From positions 2,784,001 through 2,848,000 of the forward strand of contig OZ253442.1 of the NCBI GenBank assembly GCA_965261085.1: 64,000 nucleotides of DNA, written 5' to 3'. Positions 28,357 through 35,845 of this stretch are shown here, one piece after another (positions within the stretch are counted from its first letter, which is position 1; each line of letters begins with the position of its first letter). The notes under the pieces are model-generated. The model did no database searches. It saw nothing but the letters and a program-made list of their open reading frames with translations, and was not told the DNA's origin. The translations under genes were made by a program, and so were the position numbers. The stretch comes from a bacterium. GTDB taxonomy: Bacteria > UBA8248.

Positions 28357-29256
28357 TTACTTGAAAGCGGTGATCAGCACCCCGCCCGCCACGACCATCA
28401 TCGCCGCCGCGACGATGCGCGACGTGATGCGCTCGAGTCCGCCCAGGAAGAAATAGGCCCACAAGACCACCCACAGGGGCACGAGCCTGCTCAACGGCAG
28501 CACCGTCGAGACGGGCGCGATGATCATCGCCGTCCAGAACATGATGGCCGCCAGCGTGGTGGTGATTCCTGCGCCGAGAAACAAGTAGACGGCCCTCTTG
28601 TCGGCCTCGAGCTTGCCGCCTCCGGGCAGCAGGGGACGCGTTATGGCCAAAAGCAGGGTGCCCGCCGTGAATGCGCAGGCGAAGCCCACGATGGGGGTTT
28701 TCTGGTAGGAGAACGCGACGTTCGCCAGCACGGGCAGCAGCGCGTAGGAGAGCGCCGAGGTGAGCGGATAGACGAGCGCGCCCTGAAAGAAACTCTTGAA
28801 ACTCTGACCGCTGCGCCGCCCGCCCAGCGAGAGCAGACAGACGCCCGCCACGATGAGGAGCGTCCCTATCGCCACGCCGATTCCTGGCCGCTCGCCCAGG
28901 AAAATTATCGCGAAGATGACCGAAAAGATGGGGGTGGACGATTGGATGGGAACAGAGCGGCTCACGCCCATCTTCTCGATGCCGATGGCGCTCGTGAGCT
29001 GCCCCACGCCCTGGCCGAGGCACCCGCCGAGCATGAAGAGCAAGACTGGCGTGAGCGAGGATTCCTGGAGCGTGCCGCGAGCAGCGGCGATGACGAGACC
29101 CAGCACCGAGACCGTCGCGCTCATGATCAGGACCCCGGCTATCGGCGTCGCGCTCCGCATCCCCTGGCGGATGGCCATGAGGGACGCCGAATAAGAGAGA
29201 GACGCCCCTACCGCCAGCAATTCCCCCCAACCGGCTTGTGCGAAAAGACCCGACAT
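28357..29256 (-). CDS. EamA/DMT family transporter (paralog 2)
   Basis: About 10 TMs, MGVSRSVPIQSSTP, FLGERPG, LPLSRLVP. Confidence 0.9.
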   Translation of the reverse strand: MSGLFAQAGWGELLAVGASLSYSASLMAIRQGMRSATPIAGVLIMSATVSVLGLVIAAARGTLQESSLTPVLLFMLGGCLGQGVGQLTSAIGIEKMGVSRSVPIQSSTPIFSVIFAIIFLGERPGIGVAIGTLLIVAGVCLLSLGGRRSGQSFKSFFQGALVYPLTSALSYALLPVLANVAFSYQKTPIVGFACAFTAGTLLLAITRPLLPGGGKLEADKRAVYLFLGAGITTTLAAIMFWTAMIIAPVSTVLPLSRLVPLWVVLWAYFFLGGLERITSRIVAAAMMVVAGGVLITAFK

Positions 29257-29302
29257 ATAAACTCACAACTCCTGAACTATGCGCCCCGTCGTGGCGAGCG
29301 TG

Positions 29303-30205
29303 TTAGCGGAGCAGGGTGATCATCACCCCGCCGGCCACGACGAGACACGCGGAGACCGCCGTTTTAGGGGCCACGCGCTCGATTTTTCCCAAAAACAGAA
29401 AGATGAACAGGATCACCCACAGGGGCGTCATCCGGCTCAGCGGCAAGACGCTCGACACCATGCCCGACACGAACGCCGTCCACATCAAGAATGCGGCGAT
29501 GATGTTGAACGGAAGCCCTACCAGCAGCGCTTTCACCGTCGCCATGTTCCCCCTTATCACACCGCCGCCGGGCATCATGCGCCTCGCCGCCAGCATGAGC
29601 AAAAGCCCGGAGCCGAACGCCACGCCGAAGCCTAAGTACGGCGCCTGTTGTTCAGCGAGACCCAGTTTGGCGAACACCGGCACAATCGCATAGCACAAGG
29701 ATGAGACAAGCGGCAGGAGGTACTCTCTCCGCGTCAGGTTTTCAGGCCCGCCCCTGTTGCGCTTCTTCTCCGGCCAGGAGAGCAGAAAAACGCCCCCGAC
29801 GATACCCAAGGTCCCCAAGTACACATAGACTCCCGGCTGCTCACCCAGAAAGACAACGGCGCAAAGAACGCCCCAAAGAGGAGTCGACGAATGGATCGCC
29901 GTGGCCCGGCTCACGCCCATGCGCTCGATGGCCGAGAAGAAAATCAAACTCCCCGTGCCGTGGCCGGCCACCCCCGTAAGAGCGAACCAGCCGAGGGCTC
30001 TCAAGTCGGCGGAAAACAGCGTTCCCTCGAAAAAAGCGGCCGCGAGCCCCACCAGGCTCACCAGCGAATTCAAGACGATGATGCTCATCAGCGGGCTTCC
30101 GGTCATCATCGCCCGGCGCACCGTTATGAGCGTGATGGAATAGCTGAACGAGGTCGCCACGGCGAGAAATTCAGGACTTCCCCATGATGATATCCACTCG
30201 ACCAT
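29303..30205 (-). CDS. EamA/DMT family transporter (paralog 1)
   Basis: About 10 TMs, MGVSRATAIHSSTP, FLGEQPG, LPLSRMTP. Start moved to ATG 30205. Confidence 0.9.
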   Translation of the reverse strand: MVEWISSWGSPEFLAVATSFSYSITLITVRRAMMTGSPLMSIIVLNSLVSLVGLAAAFFEGTLFSADLRALGWFALTGVAGHGTGSLIFFSAIERMGVSRATAIHSSTPLWGVLCAVVFLGEQPGVYVYLGTLGIVGGVFLLSWPEKKRNRGGPENLTRREYLLPLVSSLCYAIVPVFAKLGLAEQQAPYLGFGVAFGSGLLLMLAARRMMPGGGVIRGNMATVKALLVGLPFNIIAAFLMWTAFVSGMVSSVLPLSRMTPLWVILFIFLFLGKIERVAPKTAVSACLVVAGGVMITLLR

Positions 30206-30365
30206 GCGGCGGACTATACACCGCGAACCCTCATGGAGGCGAGGAAGCGGCCTGAAATCGTCCAGACGGCGACTCCACCCGACTCGTCTGGCCACGGCCC
30301 CGCCTTGGAGATAGAATGGGCTATTCAAACGACTTGACAGTTATTCCATGAACGGGAGAAAGAAA

Positions 30366-30677
30366 ATGGCGGATGAGAGAGTATTCCTGATCGCATGGCT
30401 CAAACCAAAGCCCGGAAAAGAAGATGAAATGGCCGTACTTTTGGGGGGCATGTGCGCGCCCTCGCGCGCCGAGGAGGGGTGCATCTTCTACAACCTCTTC
30501 AAGGCGACGGACGAGGCGGGCGCCTTTCACTTCATCGAATGCTGGAAATCGCAAGCCGCACTCGACGCGCACCGAGAAGAGCCCCACTACAAGAATTTCC
30601 GGGCCAAGCTGCCCGACTTGCTCGCAGAGCCCGTGGGCGTGAAAATCCTCGAAGCCCTCGATTCGACGATGGGTTGA
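30366..30677 (+). CDS. Putative quinol monooxygenase (ABM/YgiN family)
   Basis: KPKPGKE, SRAEEGCIFYNL, FIECWKSQAALDAH..PHY. Confidence 0.88.
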   Translation: MADERVFLIAWLKPKPGKEDEMAVLLGGMCAPSRAEEGCIFYNLFKATDEAGAFHFIECWKSQAALDAHREEPHYKNFRAKLPDLLAEPVGVKILEALDSTMG

Positions 30678-30722
30678 TGTAAGGGGGGAGTGAACAAAAC
30701 CTCGAACCGAGAAATCTCGCTC

Positions 30723-31517
30723 CTACCAGAGCGATTTGAGCCTGCCGCCGTCGAGATTGAGAGAAATTCCGGTGATGTAGCTCGCTCTTTCCGAGCAGAG
30801 AAAGACGATGGCGTCGGCCAACTCTTCGGGCCTGCCGAAACGGCCCAGCGCGTTTTTGCGTGCCGCGCGGCGGCGGGCCTCTTCTTCTGAGTCCGTCTCC
30901 AGTTCGGCGGCGAGGCCCTCCGCGTTCATTCTCCAGAGCGCGGTGTCCACCCAGCCGGGACATACCGCGTTCACGTGAATTCCCGCTTCGCCGAATTCGG
31001 TGGAAAGCGATTTCGTCATGTTCAAGAGCGCGCTGTTCGTCATACCGCTCCCGAACATATAGGGGTCCGGCTCTTTTCCCGCGCCGCCGATCATGTTCAC
31101 GATGCGGCCCCATCCTTTGGCGCGCATCTCGGGCTCCACCAAGCGTATGAGCCTCAGGAAACCGAACAATTTGGTGTCGAGTTGTTTCTGTAAGGCATCG
31201 TCGTCGAGCACCTCGAACCTGCCCGAACTCATGGTGCCCGCGTTGTTCACGAGAATATCGATGCTCCCCAGTTTTTCCTGCGCGCGCTCGACCAGCGGGG
31301 CGAGTTCGGCAACATTCGAGGTATCCGCTACGGCGTAGTGGATTTCGCCTCCCGTCTCAGCAGCGATCCCGGCGCATGTTTCGGCGAGAGCCTCTTCGTT
31401 TCTCGCGCAGGTGAACACCCGCGCGCCCTCTTCCAGGAAGCGTCTGACCGTCTCACGGCCGATGCCCCGGCTGCCGCCCGTCACCAGGGCCGTTTTTCCT
31501 TTGATCCTTAAATCCAC
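30723..31517 (-). CDS. SDR family oxidoreductase
   Basis: TGGSRGIG, DILVNNAG, NAVCPGWVDT, GRPEE, DGG. The catalytic Tyr of YxxxK appears to be replaced (SGMTN), so it is an atypical SDR. Confidence 0.9.
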   Translation of the reverse strand: MDLRIKGKTALVTGGSRGIGRETVRRFLEEGARVFTCARNEEALAETCAGIAAETGGEIHYAVADTSNVAELAPLVERAQEKLGSIDILVNNAGTMSSGRFEVLDDDALQKQLDTKLFGFLRLIRLVEPEMRAKGWGRIVNMIGGAGKEPDPYMFGSGMTNSALLNMTKSLSTEFGEAGIHVNAVCPGWVDTALWRMNAEGLAAELETDSEEEARRRAARKNALGRFGRPEELADAIVFLCSERASYITGISLNLDGGRLKSLW

Positions 31518-31590
31518 GTTATTTTCCTGTTAAAACCAAAGGCATGTTTTGGGAATTATACACAAAGGTATCTAACCCCATCTCCGATAT

Positions 31591-31722
31591 CTATCGCTGG
31601 GGAGAGGGGGCCGGTGGTCTTGGCGGTGGTGGCGGCGGTGGAGGTTGTGGAGGCCTGGGGATTGGGGGACTACTTAGTGGTTCGATGACCGGTCTAGGAC
31701 GTATATTCGATATTAAATTCAT
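31591..31722 (-). CDS. Small proline-rich peptide (43 aa) overlapping the end of the 2TM gene
   Basis: MNLISNIRPRPVIEPLSSPPIPRPPQPPPPPPPPRPPAPSPQR*; mixed Pro codons; below the ORF-track size cutoff. Confidence 0.45.
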   Translation of the reverse strand: MNLISNIRPRPVIEPLSSPPIPRPPQPPPPPPPPRPPAPSPQR

Positions 31723-32206
31723 TCGCCATTACTCGATATGTCTCATGAGCGCATTTTTCATTCATCTTTTCATCAAGTTGGTCGATATTATCTCCGGCAC
31801 GGGCATCTATGATCGACTTTCTTTGCTGCAATTCCATGTTCTTCTTTCTAATTTCCGCGTCTGTCGAAGCATCATGATTTACGTCATACCATAATTCACG
31901 CCATTCCTGTTCCAGTCGATTATAGTCATTGGCTACTCCATTGAGCACGGCGGATTTTTGGCCAAAATTTCGAGAGAAATCATAGGCAACGACAATTCCA
32001 AGAACCGCGCTTATAAAGGCTTGGAACAACCATGGAAGCTCACTGGCTAAAGTAATAACTCCCGTTGTTGACGCGGCAAGCAAGGCAAACCTGATTCTGG
32101 TTTGTTTTTTCTCGAAAGAACGCGATTTCTCATTGCAGTAACGCATCTCACGATCAATATCCAAAAGCGCGTACCAAATATCGTTTCTTGTATGTTCCGA
32201 AGTCAT
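31694..32206 (-). CDS. SLATT-like two-TM effector domain protein (low GC)
   Basis: N-terminal helix, two adjacent TMs, then an A..H/N-type helical tail (KSAVLNGVANDYNRL); AAGGAGG SD. Family assigned by architecture only. Confidence 0.55.
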   Translation of the reverse strand: MTSEHTRNDIWYALLDIDREMRYCNEKSRSFEKKQTRIRFALLAASTTGVITLASELPWLFQAFISAVLGIVVAYDFSRNFGQKSAVLNGVANDYNRLEQEWRELWYDVNHDASTDAEIRKKNMELQQRKSIIDARAGDNIDQLDEKMNEKCAHETYRVMANEFNIEYTS

Positions 32207-32445
32207 TGTATGCCTCCTTCAGTTAAATGAGAAATACTCTGAAGGTAACAATAAACATAAATCTAGCCGAAAAAACTTTCAGGACACTTGCAAACGTCCT
32301 CATCTCATAAATATACGTTCACGAACAATCCATTGCAAATACTTCTGCCGGACAGTTAAAGACAAAGCATGAAATCAGCGACTAACAATTGAATGAAAGA
32401 AACGCTTTTCGAATCCATGTCCAACCTATTACCTGTTTCAACGCC

Positions 32446-33036
32446 CTAGCCCGAGACCTGCGCCACCTCGTCCCATTCCTTCCAGCCGATGATGTCATCA
32501 GGCGGCTCCACCGGGTTGTGGAGACCATCCTGCAAACGATTCCAGGCGTTGAACAGGCAGGTGAACAGGGTGAGTTCCACGATATCCTTTTCGGTAAAAA
32601 ACTCTTTGAGCGGTGCGAAACAGGCGTCATCGGCGGCGGCCGTGTTTCTCGTCAGGGCGGTCGCCCAGCGGATTACCGCCTTTTCCCGCTCATCGAAAAG
32701 CTCACTGTCTTCCCATCCATCGACTATCAGCGCGACATGTTCATCATTCAAACCGGCAGCTTGACCAAGCTTAACGTTGTGGTTCGTTCATATCTCGCAA
32801 TCGTTGATAAGCGAAGGCGTAAGAATCGCCAATTGCATCAGGCGCATTCTGGCCGGCTCGGCCCGCCACTGGCTTCTGAGAGCCACCGTGAGGCTCATGA
32901 TGTGGCGCAAGGCTTCCGGAGAATGGGCCAAAGCGCGGTAGAAGCTTGGCACCGTGCCCCATCTTTCCCTCGATTCTTCGAACAACGGCTCATGATCGCC
33001 CTTGGCGTCATCGGGCATCGGCGTGATTCTCGGCAT
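32446..33036 (-). CDS. AhpD/carboxymuconolactone decarboxylase-family peroxidase-like protein, probable selenoprotein (Sec at TGA 32788-32790)
   Basis: Two track ORFs are in frame across a single TGA in INDCEI-U-TNH (the CxxC position). Family motifs FYRALAHSP, FDEREKAVIRWA, NAWNRL; GGAGGAG SD; hairpin right after the TGA. Confidence 0.85.
32751..32784 (-). promoter_or_regulatory. Candidate bacterial SECIS element
   Basis: mRNA after UGA: ACG-AACC-ACAACGUUA-AGCUU-GGUC-AAGCU-GCC-GGUU. A G/U-containing apical loop lies 21 nt after the UGA. Confidence 0.6.
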
Positions 33037-33197
33037 CTCGGGCTCCTCCTCCTTCGGAATTCGCAATGAAGCTCTTGTAAGTGTTTTTATTATTTTTAGC
33101 AGATTTTCGGTGTTACGACCAAGGGTAGAGTAAAGCAGTGGAATCTTCCTGGCAGAGGCGGGAGCCGCCCACCAACAAAATACGAAGTACGAAAATT

Positions 33198-33371
33198 ACT
33201 CCCCCCTTGAGGGGGAGTTGCAGAAGCCGAGCGCCTTTGGCGAAGGCTGATGCGGTGGGGGGTATATAGTTCTAAAATAAAAGCTCCCCCCACCGGCTCG
33301 ACTTCGGGCTTTGCCCTTGTCTTGCGACATTCCCTCCCTCCCCGCTCGGAAATGACCCTCAAGGGGGGAGT
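33198..33371. repeat. Palindromic REP/MITE-like element with 16-bp terminal inverted repeats
   Basis: ACTCCCCCCTTGAGGG (33198) and CCCTCAAGGGGGGAGT (33356), inner CGGTGGGGGG/CCCCCCACCG pair. An 18-bp arm recurs at 35665-35682. Confidence 0.75.
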
Positions 33372-33473
33372 GTTTCTATCTAGTACCTAACTCGAAACCC
33401 CGTCTCACCTTTGCGATGCGCACCACCCCCTGCTATAAGTCGCCTTGCCGCATGGCCATATAAGGAAACCCCG

Positions 33474-34181
33474 ATGGAACACGAAAATATTCTCATCATC
33501 GCAGCCCACCCCGACGACATCGAGTTCCGCTCGGCGGGATCGGTCGCCAAATGGGTGAGCGAGGGCCGGCGCGTGGAGTATTGCCTCGCAACGAGCGGGG
33601 ACAAGGGCGTGAACGGCCCCGAATCGCGCACCATGACCATTGAGCAAAAAAGAGCGATTCGCGAAGCCGAGCAACAAGCGGCGGCGGCCGTCGTGGGCGT
33701 GGAGAGGGTTCATTTCCTGCGCCACACGGACGGGGAACTCAGAAACACCACCGAACTCAGGCGCAACCTCGTGCGCGTAATGAGAGAGTGCAAGCCCGAC
33801 CTCGTGATCGCCGACGATCCGGCGCGGGATGATTTCGACAGTTTCTACGGCTACCACCGGGATCATCGCGCCATCGCGAAAGCGGCTTTCGACGCGCTCT
33901 ATCCCGCCGTGGGGAATGCGAATTTCTTTCCCGAACTTCTCGCCGAAGGCCTGGAGCCGCACAAGCCCAAGGAAGCGTATTTCAAAACGATTCCCTGCGC
34001 CGACACCTGGGTGGACATCGCCGATACGTTCGACCTCAAAATTAAAGCGCTTAAGTGCCACAAGAGCCAAGTCGATGATTTTGAAGAGCTGAGTACCCAT
34101 CTTCGCAACTGGGCGAAGCGCTCGGGCGAAGAGGGCGGCCTCGAGTGCGCCGAATCCTATCGGCGCATGGAAGTGCCGTAG
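33474..34181 (+). CDS. PIG-L/LmbE family deacetylase
   Basis: AHPDDIE, TSGDKG, R.AEQ..AA..VG, HRDH, KALKCHKSQ; AAGGA SD before ATG 33474. Confidence 0.92.
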   Translation: MEHENILIIAAHPDDIEFRSAGSVAKWVSEGRRVEYCLATSGDKGVNGPESRTMTIEQKRAIREAEQQAAAAVVGVERVHFLRHTDGELRNTTELRRNLVRVMRECKPDLVIADDPARDDFDSFYGYHRDHRAIAKAAFDALYPAVGNANFFPELLAEGLEPHKPKEAYFKTIPCADTWVDIADTFDLKIKALKCHKSQVDDFEELSTHLRNWAKRSGEEGGLECAESYRRMEVP

Positions 34182-34405
34182 TAATTCACACGCCAGCAGG
34201 CAATTCCTCTCTACCCGGTCGGAAGAATTCCTCCTTCCTCAGTCGGAATTCACCACACGCGAAAATCAAGCTTGCTCCTCGGGAACGATTCGCATAACCT
34301 GCCCATACTGATTTCATACAGGGGACCCACATCCAGACGCTCGAATGGGCTGAAGTCCAGGGAGACGAACCCCCGCTATCGCCCACAGCCTGAAGGAATT
34401 GGGAT

Positions 34406-34951
34406 TTGGGAACCAGGGAAAAGAATGACACCGCTCCATTGGCGCCGGTGGAACGCATTGCACAGACCATCCTTTTCATCCGCGATCAAAAAGTCATGCT
34501 GGATGCCGATCTGGCCGCTCTATATGGCGTCGATACCAAGGTCTTCGTGCAGGCCGTCAGGAGGAACGTGGACCGTTTCCCGGCGGATTTCATGTTTCAA
34601 CTCACGAAGCAGGAATTCGACAACTTGAGGTCACAATTTGTGACCTCAAGTTGGGGCGGCAGACGCTATCCGCCTTATGCGTTCACCGAGCAGGGCGTCG
34701 CCATGCTTTCCAGCGTGCTGCGCAGCAAGCGGGCGATCCGGGTCAACGTCGAAATTATGCGCGCTTTCGTTCAGTTGCGGCGGATGCTGGCGAGCCATGC
34801 GGACCTCGCTCGCAAGCTCTCCGCCCTGGAGAAGAAATACGACGAGCAGTTCAAGGTCGTGTTCGACGCTATCCGGGAACTCATGGTGCCACCGGAACCG
34901 AAGAAAAAGGGAGAAATCGGATTTTCACCGTCGAGAGACAAGCGTAAATGA
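34406..34951 (+). CDS. ORF6N (KilA-N-like) DNA-binding domain protein
   Basis: [53 protein letters not shown]-terminal IGF. Confidence 0.92.
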   Translation: MGTREKNDTAPLAPVERIAQTILFIRDQKVMLDADLAALYGVDTKVFVQAVRRNVDRFPADFMFQLTKQEFDNLRSQFVTSSWGGRRYPPYAFTEQGVAMLSSVLRSKRAIRVNVEIMRAFVQLRRMLASHADLARKLSALEKKYDEQFKVVFDAIRELMVPPEPKKKGEIGFSPSRDKRK

Positions 34952-35096
34952 ATCGACTCATCAAGAAATCACGCGAAAAGCAGAGGCTCGCGCTTTGCCG
35001 GAATGACGATCAAAGGAGAAGAGAAATCCCGACCAATGCGGGAGGGATTGATACTCTATTTTCTCACCTCGCAAAAGTTTTTCTCACTCCTCGGAG

Positions 35097-35207
35097 CGGG
35101 GCGACCGAGCCGGTCTGTACAGTATCCGGATCAACGCGCAGTGGCGCATCTGTTTCCGTTGGGATAACGATGGGCCGTGTGATGTAGAGATCGTGGATTA
35201 TCACTGA
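35097..35207 (+). pseudogene. higB: 5'-truncated HigB (RelE/ParE-family) toxin
   Basis: [36 protein letters not shown] is the HigB C-terminal half. There is an in-frame TGA at 35049-35051 and no start codon between it and the fragment. Confidence 0.85.
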
Positions 35208-35219
35208 AGGAGTGCGGAG

Positions 35220-35525
35220 GTGAACGTCAAGAATGCAATGAGGCCTGTGCATCCGGGCGAGATATTGCGCGAGGAACTCGACGCGCTGGGGCTATCGGCC
35301 AACGCGTCGGCGAAGGAGTTGGGCGTGCCGGTGAACCGGATCACGATGATCCTGAACGGCCAGAGGGGTGTGAGCGCGGACACGGCGCTGCGGCTGGCGC
35401 GTTATTTCGGGACAACGCCTGAACTCTGGATGAACCTGCAGAAGACCTGGGAGCTTCGCCGGGCCGAGATATCTCAGGGCCCCCGGATCGCCGAGCGGGT
35501 GAGGCCCCGGCAATCGGCAGCGTAG
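35220..35525 (+). CDS. higA: HigA family antitoxin (XRE HTH)
   Basis: RPVHPGEILREE, GVPVNRIT.ILNGQRGVSADTALRLARYFGTTPELWMNLQ. Confidence 0.93.
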   Translation: MNVKNAMRPVHPGEILREELDALGLSANASAKELGVPVNRITMILNGQRGVSADTALRLARYFGTTPELWMNLQKTWELRRAEISQGPRIAERVRPRQSAA

Positions 35526-35586
35526 AATCCGGCGGCGGACACGACGCTCCACCCCCACAAAAGCCTCAGTGAATCGAAATGATCGC

Positions 35587-35618
35587 GTAGGGGACAGACC
35601 TATAATGTCTGACCCTAC
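35587..35618. repeat. GTAG-type REP-like palindrome
   Basis: GTAGGGGACAGAC-ctataat-GTCTGACCCTAC; related to the palindrome at 37868. Confidence 0.55.
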
Positions 35619-35641
35619 ACGAAGACGCCAAAAAATGAACA

Positions 35642-35685
35642 TCACTCCCGCATTGGTCGGAATCGACCCTCAAGGGGGGAGTAAT
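35642..35685. repeat. Degenerate second copy of the 33.2-kb palindromic element
   Basis: GACCCTCAAGGGGGGAGT (35665-35682) is identical to 33354-33371; ACTCCC at 35644 can pair with it. Confidence 0.65.
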
Positions 35686-35767
35686 TCTGGAAACCGCCCT
35701 TTTTTCGGGATCCGTTGCGGAATCATGAACAAGGAGGCGGAATAACACCGATACATACGCCCTCGCC

Positions 35768-35795
35768 TTGCACAAAATACGCAAATGCTTACACT
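35768..35795 (+). promoter_or_regulatory. Candidate sigma70 promoter of the AOR gene
   Basis: TTGCAC-N16-TACACT about 50 nt upstream of the ATG. Confidence 0.45.
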
Positions 35796-35845
35796 AGGGC
35801 TTCCAACGCACTTTACCGATCTTTTCGTTATATCGAGGACCGCAC

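Noticed and set aside
27287-29266. 659-aa minus-strand ORF
   Set aside because: It is an Arg/Gly/His-rich alternative frame overlying two clear EamA genes, typical of high-GC DNA.
31544-31894. Gly-rich plus-strand ORF
   Set aside because: It overlaps the 2TM gene antisense; the Gly run mirrors the Pro-rich minus-strand ORF that is co-oriented with its neighbours.
32389-33069. 226-aa plus-strand ORF as the real gene at the AhpD locus
   Set aside because: It has no recognisable motifs, while the minus strand has an SD and AhpD-family motifs on both sides of the TGA.
35526-35845. Moco/Wco riboswitch upstream of the AOR gene
   Set aside because: The hairpins here are explained by REP-like repeats, and the candidate promoter leaves only a short leader. 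A covariance-model search would be needed to exclude it.
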